DNA from: Planctomycetota bacterium
Lineage (GTDB): Bacteria > Planctomycetota > UBA8108 > SXIK01
Assembly (NCBI GenBank): GCA_965223265.1
Contig: OZ244999.1
Span: 3,264,001 to 3,328,000 of the forward strand
Reading direction: 5' to 3'
Length of the DNA: 64,000 nt
The notes under the pieces were generated by a model. The model searched no databases, was not told the origin of the DNA, and saw nothing but the letters and a program-made list of their open reading frames with translations. The position numbers and the translations under genes are program-made. Position 1 is the stretch's first letter. Every line of letters starts with the position of its first letter. Below, in pieces: positions 50,401 to 58,248 of the stretch.

Positions 50401-53400
50401 ACACGATCGTGGTGCCGTCGGTAACGAAACCGGTGACGGTATATCGACCCGGAGCACCGTAGTTGTGAAGCGCCGAGATCGACGGCGAGTACGGTGTCTG
50501 AGGTGTGCCATCGCCGAAGTCGAACGAGTAGGTGAGCGGGTCAAGGTCCGCATCCGATGCACTTGCCGTGAACGTGACGTCGGCGCCGGTTGGAGCCGGG
50601 TTCAAAGATGATGCGACGGACGCGATGACCGGTGGACTCAGAGTCGTCGCTGTCGCCTCGGCGGAGTCGGCACTCTCGCCGGCGACGTTGATCGCGCTGA
50701 CGACGTAATAGTAGGTCGTGCCGTCATTCAAATTCGTGTCGATGAAGTTCGTCTCGACAGTGTTGGCGATCGATGCATACGGTCCGCCGGTCGTCCCGCC
50801 GCGTTTGATGTTGTAACTCTCCGCACGTTCCGAAGCGCTCCAGTTGAGGGTCACCTGGAGGTCGCCGCCGGCAGCCGTCAGATTGGTCGGCGCCTCCGGC
50901 GGTAACGTCTGTTCGTCGAACACGAGATAAGCGACTTGCTCGGTGGTGTGGGCGCGGTCGGTGTCGCCGATGACGTCTTCGTCAATGGCGAGGTTGAGGG
51001 TCGTGCCCGCCGGATTGGCGCCATAGAGCATTGGAATGCCGCCGTCGCCGCCGTCCATGCCCGCGGCGCTGACGATGGCGGTGCGTGGGTTCGCGAGACC
51101 GCTCAGGGCATACGCGTACGGCGGACTATTCAAGAATCCCTCAACGGTGTCACTGCCTACAGCCGCCGTGAAGGGAAGCCCAGCCAAGACGCCGGAGCCG
51201 GACTCAATGACGATGAGCCCCACGGTCTCATTGGCGCGGGTCGTGTTCGTATCCTCACCGACGTGTTTGCCAACGCCGAGTGAAGTTGCTGTCGGCGGAT
51301 TCCCTTGGCTGCCATCGCTGGCCCAAAACACCGACCAGCTGACGTCGTTTTCCGACATCACTTGGCCGACAACGACCGGGTTCGAGTATCCATTCTGGTA
51401 GACCAAGTCTTGGTTGAGCCAAGAACCCTTGCGCGCCGTAACCGCAGAGGTCAACTTCACGGCTTCAAGAGTGACGCCCTCGATGGCTGCTGTGTAAACA
51501 CCCTCCTCGACCACCACGTAGTGAACGGCGTAACCCGAAAGTGCGTTACCACTGGGGTTCTGGACGCGGACTTCAAAGCTGTTACCGGCGGCGTTTCGCA
51601 CACGCGTGACGGCAGTCGCCTGTCCAGCGCCGTAGCTAGCTGAGCAAACCACGACCATCGAGTCGTAGGTTTGCGCCAACGTCACCGTTTGCCAACCGCT
51701 GCCAACGTTCGAGAGAACGCCGGTGAGCAGCTTGATGGATGGTGCTTGCGGCGTCGCGCTCGACTCGTTTGAGTTACCGCTCTCGCCCGCTGGGTTGACC
51801 GCGGTGACGACATAGTAGTAGGTCGTTCCGTCCGTCAAGCCGGTATCGAGAAAGCTCGTGCCGGTGAGGGAGAACGCGATCACGCTGTAGGGGCCGCCGC
51901 TCGTTGTTGAACGATAGACGTTGTACTCGGCCGCCAATGGCGACGCGCCCCAGGTCAGGCTCACCTGTGTGTTCCCGGCGATGGCGCTGAGCGCTGTGGG
52001 CGGACTCGGGGGCGGGTTCGGTGTGGCGCTTGCCTCGGACGAGTCGGCGCTCTCGCCGGCGCCGTTGAGCGCGGAGACGACGTAGAAGTAGGTGGCACCG
52101 TTCGTCACCGAGTTGTCCGAGTACGAGGTGCTGGTGACCGAAGCGACAAAGCCGTAAGGACCGCCGGAGACGGTAGCGCGTTTGACGCTGTAGCTCGCGA
52201 TGGTGCCGGACGGTGCGCTCCAAACGAGGTCGACGACTCCGTTTTTTCCTGTCGCCTCAAGGTCGGAAGGAACTCCCGGTGGCTGCAGCGTCGGCGTTGC
52301 GCTCACTTCGGCGGACTCCGGGCTTTCGCCGATGAGGTTCGCGGCGGTGACGACGTAGTAGTATGTCGTACCGTTGACGACGCTCGTGTCGGTGAAGCTG
52401 GTGCTCGGCAACCCAGGTGCGATCGTCGCGTAGGGACCACCGGCGGTGGTGGCGCGTTTGACGTTGTACGTGGTCGCGCCGCTGGCGATGTCCCACGTCA
52501 GGATGACTTGGGCGTCGCCTGCGCTCGCCGCGAGCCCGGTGGGTGCTGGCGGTGGCTGGTTAGCAGCGGCTGGGGTGACGAGTATCCACGGTGCCGCGGC
52601 AGGGATGCCGTTCGTATCAATTAGGAACAGCATGTAGTGCCCCGGCGGGCACTCCGTCGGATTCGACGGCATGGTCACGTCGAGACCACCGGCGACCTCG
52701 GTGAACGCCAGCTTGTTGATGCGCTGGTTCATGTTCTTGGTGTGGGTGACCGCCGACGGCCGGAGCAGGTTGACCTGGGCGATGCTCGCGGCATCGGGCG
52801 TCCCGACGAAGAACGTATCGCTGAGCGCGACGCTCGCTGGTGAAGTGGCGACGGTCGGTCGCGTCCCTTGGAAGAGGTACGGCGGTGAGAAGACCTGCAG
52901 CGTTGGGTGGCCGTCGCCGCCGATGCTCGCGACACGCCCGTCCGGCAACAGCACGGCTTCGGAGTGGTAGCCGCGATATTCGGCTTCGGTGGCCCACGTC
53001 GTCCAGTTGTCCGCCACCGGATCCCAAACGATGGCTGGCTTCGGACCATCTTCTGTGTTGAAGCCACTCGAACTGCTACCGCCGATGACCAGGACTCGTC
53101 CGTCCGGCAGGATCGAGACGTCGTGTTGGCGACGGACCTGCGGCATGGGAGCGACAAAGCTCCACGTCGGCGTCGGCGCGTTCAAATCGATGACTTCGCA
53201 CGTCGCGGTCGGCGCGTCGGCGCCGCCGGTGTAGATCACCTTGCCGACTTCGTACATGCACGCCGAGCCGTAGTTGTCGCGGCCGCTCTCCTGACGCGTG
53301 GCGCTCGTTGTCCAGGTTCCCGTCCCGGAGGTGTCGAGAAAGCGCGACGGCGATGTGGCGACGAACACCTGTCCGGACGGCGCGAGGAACGCGGCCGGAA

Positions 53401-53971
53401 ACAGCGGCAGATTGAGCGAAGCGCCGGTCAAACGGCGCCAACCGTTGTTTGCTACTTCCCACACTTCGGGGAATAGATTCTTGCTACCATCTTCGAGCCG
53501 GCCGGACATCGTCACGATGTCGCCGTTCGAGAGCGTCACAAGACTTGGGTACCACCGACCCCCTGCCATGTCAGGGACCCAATTGAACGTGTCCGTCGTC
53601 GGGTCGTAGTACGTTGCGTTGGGGAGGCCCGTGCACCCGGGGATGTGCCCGCCTGTGAAGAAGACGCGACCGTCTGCCAAAAGTGTGTGGCCGCCGCAGA
53701 ATGCGTCATAGCCATGGTCCGCCGTATCGATGAGCGTCTCGGTGATCGGGTCCCACTGCCGCTGATCGGTGTTGGCATACACCATGATGTTGCCGGTGGG
53801 CAGGAGAATGGAGTGGACCGGCCGCCAGGGAAGCGCATGGACGGCGCCCCATTGCCCTTCGACCTCGGGTTGGGCATGGAGCTGGCGGGAATCGGCGCCA
53901 CCGAGGGATAGCGCGACCAGGAGACAAAGAAAACGCGTACGGACACAGCACAGCACATCGGTGATGTTCAT
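47414..53971 (-). CDS. Secreted multidomain copper radical oxidase (galactose oxidase/AA5-like) fused to FN3, lectin-like, PKD, YVTN propeller and di-heme cytochrome c peroxidase domains
   Basis: AFCGGH, RWYPS, YRGYHS and AVTHT cofactor motifs; PPGHYMLF (DUF1929); DFGDG PKD; CATCH and CALCH; TPTLRGLWNSAPYLHDGS. Confidence 0.88.
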   Translation of the reverse strand: MNITDVLCCVRTRFLCLLVALSLGGADSRQLHAQPEVEGQWGAVHALPWRPVHSILLPTGNIMVYANTDQRQWDPITETLIDTADHGYDAFCGGHTLLADGRVFFTGGHIPGCTGLPNATYYDPTTDTFNWVPDMAGGRWYPSLVTLSNGDIVTMSGRLEDGSKNLFPEVWEVANNGWRRLTGASLNLPLFPAAFLAPSGQVFVATSPSRFLDTSGTGTWTTSATRQESGRDNYGSACMYEVGKVIYTGGADAPTATCEVIDLNAPTPTWSFVAPMPQVRRQHDVSILPDGRVLVIGGSSSSGFNTEDGPKPAIVWDPVADNWTTWATEAEYRGYHSEAVLLPDGRVASIGGDGHPTLQVFSPPYLFQGTRPTVATSPASVALSDTFFVGTPDAASIAQVNLLRPSAVTHTKNMNQRINKLAFTEVAGGLDVTMPSNPTECPPGHYMLFLIDTNGIPAAAPWILVTPAAANQPPPAPTGLAASAGDAQVILTWDIASGATTYNVKRATTAGGPYATIAPGLPSTSFTDTSVVNGTTYYYVVTAANLIGESPESAEVSATPTLQPPGVPSDLEATGKNGVVDLVWSAPSGTIASYSVKRATVSGGPYGFVASVTSTSYSDNSVTNGATYFYVVSALNGAGESADSSEASATPNPPPSPPTALSAIAGNTQVSLTWGASPLAAEYNVYRSTTSGGPYSVIAFSLTGTSFLDTGLTDGTTYYYVVTAVNPAGESGNSNESSATPQAPSIKLLTGVLSNVGSGWQTVTLAQTYDSMVVVCSASYGAGQATAVTRVRNAAGNSFEVRVQNPSGNALSGYAVHYVVVEEGVYTAAIEGVTLEAVKLTSAVTARKGSWLNQDLVYQNGYSNPVVVGQVMSENDVSWSVFWASDGSQGNPPTATSLGVGKHVGEDTNTTRANETVGLIVIESGSGVLAGLPFTAAVGSDTVEGFLNSPPYAYALSGLANPRTAIVSAAGMDGGDGGIPMLYGANPAGTTLNLAIDEDVIGDTDRAHTTEQVAYLVFDEQTLPPEAPTNLTAAGGDLQVTLNWSASERAESYNIKRGGTTGGPYASIANTVETNFIDTNLNDGTTYYYVVSAINVAGESADSAEATATTLSPPVIASVASSLNPAPTGADVTFTASASDADLDPLTYSFDFGDGTPQTPYSPSISALHNYGAPGRYTVTGFVTDGTTIVSSTIVQIVHLALPPGEATASAQIVYDAARSKVWNVNPDSNTVTRIDSAGLTKDFEIPVGVEPRSLALGPGSSEIWVTCESSDEIYVLDAVSGAPLQVLATPRGARPMGIAFASNDSAAYVTYMDGGLLAEWDPATRTQIRTLDVGPAPRALAISADSGRIFVGRFVSPMLVGEVREVDAPTFTVTRTFTLAHDTTPDSEFSGRGTPNYLVQMAISPDGQRLWVPSKKDNTDRGLFRDGIVLTQDSTVRSIFSKLNLIANVEELTERHDVDDHELPHGVDFSPVGDLAFIAYQGNNAVRVFNAYDNSTVTDILLGGELAPQDIVVTPDGLRLFVLNFMTRSVSAFDIAGLANGTSTSATELAVIDAVDTELLAPEVLLGKQIFYNAADTRMTLQGYLSCATCHLDGGEDGRVWDFTDRGEGLRNTIALTRRAGTGHGNVHWTANFDEIQDFELDIRGAFGGTGFINGQPNSSLGAPNAGRSADLDALAAYVTSLAESGLSPHRNGDGTLTADALLGKQIFQQLECALCHAGTEFTDSTVGTSGLLLHDVGTIKASSGERLGQPLTGLDTPTLRGLWNSAPYLHDGSASSLLDVITTQNSADLHGVTSTLTAQQQLQLVAYLEQIDDDEPAAVPVPPIDLTASAGDGTVALNWTASPGADTYNVKRATGTNPFTVIATGVTATSYDDGDTHNGTTYFYVVSASNTGGESFDSEETSAQPQAPAGLTLETGVITGVDSNWQIVTLQQSFQSMVVVCSVNYSASDQPAVPRVRNAGGSSFELKVQNPGDAALNGYSVHYVAVEAGVYTAAVDGVTMEAVKYTSTDTDRQGSWTPGPRSYLNTYTNPVVLGQVMSENDINWSMFWASNGGAKTPPSSGSLAMGKHVAEDTITTRADETIGYIVIEAGSGSIAGVNYEAALGGDSIRGVTNSPPYRYALGLPNPHVAIISSAGMDGNNGGWPILYGAAPLALGLDLAYDEDQIRDSERKHTTEQVAYIVFD

Positions 53972-54252
53972 GGCTCGCTCTCGTTGACGAAAAGAGGAGG
54001 TATGAAATGCCCCATGGTAGGTCGTAGCGCGACGTGCAGTGGGGGGAAGGGTGCACGACGTCGAGCGACCAATCTTCGAACCCAAGCGAATATCCTATCA
54101 TCCGAGGTGATCAAAACGCCGGATGTTTCTTCTCCGGCGACGCTCGATGACCGGTCCCGAGACGTTAACGTTCACCGAACGTCACCATGGCCGCTAAGTG
54201 GCACGCTTGAGCGGGGTTCGGCCTTGCCGTTTCGCTCTGAGCTTCGGAGCGG

Positions 54253-54270
54253 TCTTGACCAATTCTTGAC
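54253..54270 (+). promoter_or_regulatory. OmpR/PhoB-type direct repeat upstream of the sensor kinase
   Basis: TCTTGAC-N4-TCTTGAC, 11-bp period. Confidence 0.55.
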
Positions 54271-54304
54271 ATCAGTCCATCGGGAGCAGAGGTAGACTCT
54301 CACC

Positions 54305-54733
54305 ATGACCGCCGGTCACGTCGTCCACCGCACGAAGAAGAACTCATCAATGCCACTTTCGTGGCCGTGGATTCTCGTTCTCGTCGGTAGCGCCGGCGTA
54401 CTCGGTTTGGCCTTCGTGACTCTAAGTCGCGCGCTCCAGTCGGCGGAAGGGGCAGCACGTGTCGAAGCAGCGCGGTCTGCCGCAGACGTTGCCCGTGGAC
54501 TCCGAGTGGCACTGTCGGAGCCGGATTTTCTGGAGATCGTGCCGGTGGAGAGGCGGTTTGTCGTTGAAGAAGGCCGCGTCCAGATCCCTCAAGAAGTCGC
54601 CTGGCTCGAGACGCCGATGCCAGTGACGTATACAGACAATCTGGAAGCGCCGATCGGTGAGCTCGTCCGCGAAGCTCGGCGCGCCGAGTCCGTCGACGCC
54701 GACCGGGCAGCGGCGCTGGAATTGCTAGATGAG
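54305..54733 (+). pseudogene. Sensor histidine kinase, 5' part (interrupted by RIT)
   Basis: TM helix and periplasmic start; ends ...LLDE at the element junction; joins in frame to 58249. Confidence 0.8.
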
Positions 54734-54759
54734 TGATGTGGAGCTCCACATCACTCATC
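54728..54759. repeat. Perfect 32-bp palindrome at the RIT junction
   Basis: GATGAGTGATGTGGAG|CTCCACATCACTCATC. Confidence 0.95.
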
Positions 54760-54853
54760 ACATGGGGAGTTCGGAGTTATGTGGAGTAGCGGACGCCTGT
54801 CTCGACCGGAGGCGCTTCGGCGCGTTGGGACTCTCCATAAATCGGCCGCGCGT

Positions 54854-55873
54854 CTACAGCGATCCGAGCCACGTGAGAAGGTCCGGATCGCGTTGCCACG
54901 ATCGGTCCTTCTTGCTCTCCGGAAGCTGATTGGCCTTCTCGAGGGCGCGCCGCTTCATGTCCAGGTCGGCCTTCGCGTAGATCTGGGTGCTCTGGATGTC
55001 CGAATGACCGAGGAAGTCGCGGATTACGACGGCGGGGTTGCCGCTCTGCAAGAGGTGCATCGCCTTCGTGTGGCGTAAGGTATGAGGAGTGATCTTCTGC
55101 GGTAGCGTCGGGCACTCGACTCGAGCGGCCTCGCTGTACTTGGACAGAAGATGTCGTATTCCCCATCGGGAGAGACGGTTACCCGCCCGGTTCACGAAGA
55201 GCGGTTCGTTCGCCTGTTCGGGACGATCGAGAGCGTGCTCCTTGACGTACTCGCCGAGGTTGGCAGCCGTTCCTTTCATGAGCGGGACGACGCGGATCTT
55301 TCGCCCCTTTCCAGTCAAGCGCACCTGCGGAGGGGAGGCGAGACGAAGGTCCGCGATCGAGAGATCGATCAACTCCTGCACGCGAGCTCCTGTGTCGTAA
55401 AGCAGACTCAACATGAGAGCGTCCCGGCGTCCCTGAGGCGTCGTTGAGTCTGGTTGTCTCAGGATCGCGGCCAGTTCTTCGACTGACAGGTAGGTGGGTT
55501 CAGTCTGCGCTATGCGCCGAAGCGGGATCGCGAGAATGCGTTGGCAGTGTTGAATCCGATCCGGCTCCTCGACTTGGACGTACTTGAAGAAAGAGTGGAA
55601 TGCGGCGAGGCGATGGTTTCGAGTTCGGGTTGAAGAGCCGCGCTCCTTCTCGAGATGCCCGAGAAACTTCACGATGAGAGACGCGTCGATCGCTTCCAGC
55701 GACAGGCGCTCGATGCGCATCTCGCAGACCTCACGGCAGTAGCGCAGCAGCAACACGAACGCATCGCGGTAGCTCTTGATCGTGTTCGGACTGAGACCTC
55801 GCTGGGATGGGAGGTACTCGGTCAGGAAAGAAGTGAGTCGACAGGCGAAGTCGGTGGGTTTCGCGATCGTCAT
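54854..55873 (-). CDS. RIT tyrosine recombinase C
   Basis: YDTGARVQE, GKGRK, HTLRHT, FLGH and TQIY. Confidence 0.92.
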   Translation of the reverse strand: MTIAKPTDFACRLTSFLTEYLPSQRGLSPNTIKSYRDAFVLLLRYCREVCEMRIERLSLEAIDASLIVKFLGHLEKERGSSTRTRNHRLAAFHSFFKYVQVEEPDRIQHCQRILAIPLRRIAQTEPTYLSVEELAAILRQPDSTTPQGRRDALMLSLLYDTGARVQELIDLSIADLRLASPPQVRLTGKGRKIRVVPLMKGTAANLGEYVKEHALDRPEQANEPLFVNRAGNRLSRWGIRHLLSKYSEAARVECPTLPQKITPHTLRHTKAMHLLQSGNPAVVIRDFLGHSDIQSTQIYAKADLDMKRRALEKANQLPESKKDRSWQRDPDLLTWLGSL

Positions 55874-56850
55874 GAGGTTCTGCTCCCGCTCGGAATGGCA
55901 TGACCGCAGACGGCTTCGAGCCGTTCCGTGACGTTGGTGAACAGGCTCTCGGTCATCTGGAGGTAGACCTGGGTACCGTGCATGCAGCGGTGGCCCATGT
56001 ACGACGAGAGCAGCGGCAGCTTCGCGTTCAAATCCACACCCTCCGCATACCAGTTCTCGAGCCGATGTACGGCAAAGGAATGGCGAATCTCGTGGAGACG
56101 AGGGCCGCGTCCGCGACCGTGGTGTGGAATGCCAGCGGCTCCCAAGAGCTTGCGGAAAATCGTGTACACGCGCCCGGAGGAATACGCGCCGCCGCGCGGG
56201 GACGGGAAGAACGGCTGTCCAGGCTCGCGGGGGTCGAGTGCTTCGGCGTACCTACGAAGCCGCTCAGTCAAGCCGGGAGCGATGGGAACAAGGCGGTCCT
56301 TGCGAAACTTGCCTTCGCGAATTCGAAGGACTCCGTCCACGAGATCGACGTCTCCGACTGTCAAGCGAAGAGCCTCTCCTCGGCGAAGACCGCAGCCGTA
56401 GAGCACGCGGAAGAGTTCCGGGATCACGAGATGATAGAGAGGCGACCATCGACAGGGGGCGAGGTCGTCAGCTGCCTGAAGGATCTTTGCGATTTCCTCC
56501 CGGCTGAAGATGCGCGCCGTGAATTCACGACGTGTACCGCGCCTTGGATTCAGGGGCGTAACGTAGGCCGAGCAGCCTTGCCGACAGAGGAAGATCGCCA
56601 GTTGACGAACGATCGTCAGCCGCATGCGCTGCGTCCTGGGACGTTCATCGGCGCGCGCGGCGGTCCAGTCCTGTACGAGGACTCTCGGCAGCTCCCGGCG
56701 TTGAAGCCCTCGAGCAACGAGGAAGCTGTCCAACGCTCGCAGAAGGTACTCCTCCCTCTCATAGCGGTATCCACAGCCGCGCTTCTCCTCGAGGAACTTC
56801 ACCATCAGATCTCGCACGGGACTGCGAAACGCTGACTGTTCGCTACCCAT
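55870..56850 (-). CDS. RIT tyrosine recombinase B
   Basis: YGCGLRRGE, KFRKDRLVP, HEIRHSFAVHRL, LSSYMGH and TQVYL. Confidence 0.92.
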   Translation of the reverse strand: MGSEQSAFRSPVRDLMVKFLEEKRGCGYRYEREEYLLRALDSFLVARGLQRRELPRVLVQDWTAARADERPRTQRMRLTIVRQLAIFLCRQGCSAYVTPLNPRRGTRREFTARIFSREEIAKILQAADDLAPCRWSPLYHLVIPELFRVLYGCGLRRGEALRLTVGDVDLVDGVLRIREGKFRKDRLVPIAPGLTERLRRYAEALDPREPGQPFFPSPRGGAYSSGRVYTIFRKLLGAAGIPHHGRGRGPRLHEIRHSFAVHRLENWYAEGVDLNAKLPLLSSYMGHRCMHGTQVYLQMTESLFTNVTERLEAVCGHAIPSGSRTS

Positions 56851-58102
56851 GGAGCACCTCCTCGGGGTCGAGAGCGACGCAATGCAGAGCTTCCAGGTCG
56901 AGACTCGTATAGAGCCTGGTCGACTCGACCGAGGTGTGTCCGAGGATCGCCGCAATCGTCTCGAGCGGTTCGCCAGCCCGGAGGAGACGTGTGGCTAGAG
57001 TGTGACGAAGAGCATGGAGGCCGCGTCGGGTCTCCGCAGGCAGAGGCGTCTTCAGGCCGCTGAGGTGAGAAGACACGATGGTGACGAGATTGTTTCGCTC
57101 CCCGAGAGGTGCCACCGGAGCACGGGTCTTCAGAAACACCTGGCGATAGCTCGTCGCCGGCCGGCCGTGTTGGAGGTAATCGATGAGTGCGTCGGCGACG
57201 TCGTCCTCGAGGGGGAGCGTCAACGGCTGACCTGTCTTCGACTGACGAAGGTCAATGCGACCGTTCGACCAACGGATGTCGTCGAGACGCAACGTCCGAA
57301 TGTCGCTGGCTCGAAGGCCGAAGCGGCAAGCGAGGAGAAGGATGGCGTAATCTCGTTTGCCCTGTGTGGTGCTACGATCCACAGCGGCGAGGAGTTCCTT
57401 TACCGCGCTTGCCGGCCAGACGGACGGAAGCCGACTCTCCTTCGCGAAGCGGATGGGAACCCATTCATCCGCCACCTTCGGTTCGACGATCCCACGCATG
57501 CACAGGTAGCGGACAAAGGACTTGAGCGCTCCTGATACGGCGGCGAGCGACGGAGGACTCAACTGCGTGAGAGAGTCGAGAAAATCGCAGAAGTCGCGCG
57601 TCCTCAGTCCTCGCAAGGCGGAGATGCCTCGAGGGTTGAGGAACTGAAAGAACTGGACGACCACTCTTCGGCGCTGCGCGACGGTGCAGGGGCGATGTCC
57701 GAGGTGCTCACGGCAGAAGGCCTCGTAGGCCAGTAGCTCGGCCGCGATCGTCTTGGCGAAGACCGGCTCGGGAAGCCGCTTGCGGTACGGCCGAAAGCTG
57801 CCGCCTTCGGCGAACTCCGTGAGGATCCGCAGCGCCTTGAGCAGCTCGACCTCACGCCAGCGTAGCTTCCCCTGATCAGCGTCGGAGCTGATCCCGTGGT
57901 GAGCCAAGAACCGACAGACGAGTTCGGACGAGAACGCGCGCCGCTTCGACTCTCGAGCGAACTCGAGAAGCTTGTTCCACGAATTCCGATAGTACCCGAC
58001 AGTTCGTCGGCTGTAGCCGAGACCTTCGAGGTGGCGAAGAGCAGCGGCGACGAGGCCGCTGAGTGACGATCTGCCTGGGAACGATTCAGCTTTTTCGATC
58101 AT
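56843..58102 (-). CDS. RIT tyrosine recombinase A
   Basis: GKRDYAILLL, GLRASDI, HALRHTLAT, ILGH and TRLY. Confidence 0.92.
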   Translation of the reverse strand: MIEKAESFPGRSSLSGLVAAALRHLEGLGYSRRTVGYYRNSWNKLLEFARESKRRAFSSELVCRFLAHHGISSDADQGKLRWREVELLKALRILTEFAEGGSFRPYRKRLPEPVFAKTIAAELLAYEAFCREHLGHRPCTVAQRRRVVVQFFQFLNPRGISALRGLRTRDFCDFLDSLTQLSPPSLAAVSGALKSFVRYLCMRGIVEPKVADEWVPIRFAKESRLPSVWPASAVKELLAAVDRSTTQGKRDYAILLLACRFGLRASDIRTLRLDDIRWSNGRIDLRQSKTGQPLTLPLEDDVADALIDYLQHGRPATSYRQVFLKTRAPVAPLGERNNLVTIVSSHLSGLKTPLPAETRRGLHALRHTLATRLLRAGEPLETIAAILGHTSVESTRLYTSLDLEALHCVALDPEEVLHG

Positions 58103-58248
58103 GGTCGATCTCCCGATTTGAGGGGCACCCACCGCGGGTGCTGAGGAGACCGACGCTACCGGTTTATGGGGAGAGCGAGAACTGGAACGTGTTGTAAAGC
58201 AACGACTTCACTCCGCTACTCCACATAACTCCGAACTCCCCATGTGAG

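Larger units (their letters stand above)
54734..58248 (-). mobile_element. RIT (recombinase-in-trio) element
   Basis: Three overlapping tyrosine recombinases; perfect 36-bp inverted repeats 54758-54793 / 58212-58247; TGAG at both junctions. Confidence 0.92.

Noticed and set aside
53972-54085. N-terminal extension of the oxidase ORF in the ORF track
   Set aside because: The signal-peptide-like sequence begins at ATG 53971; the extension looks non-coding.
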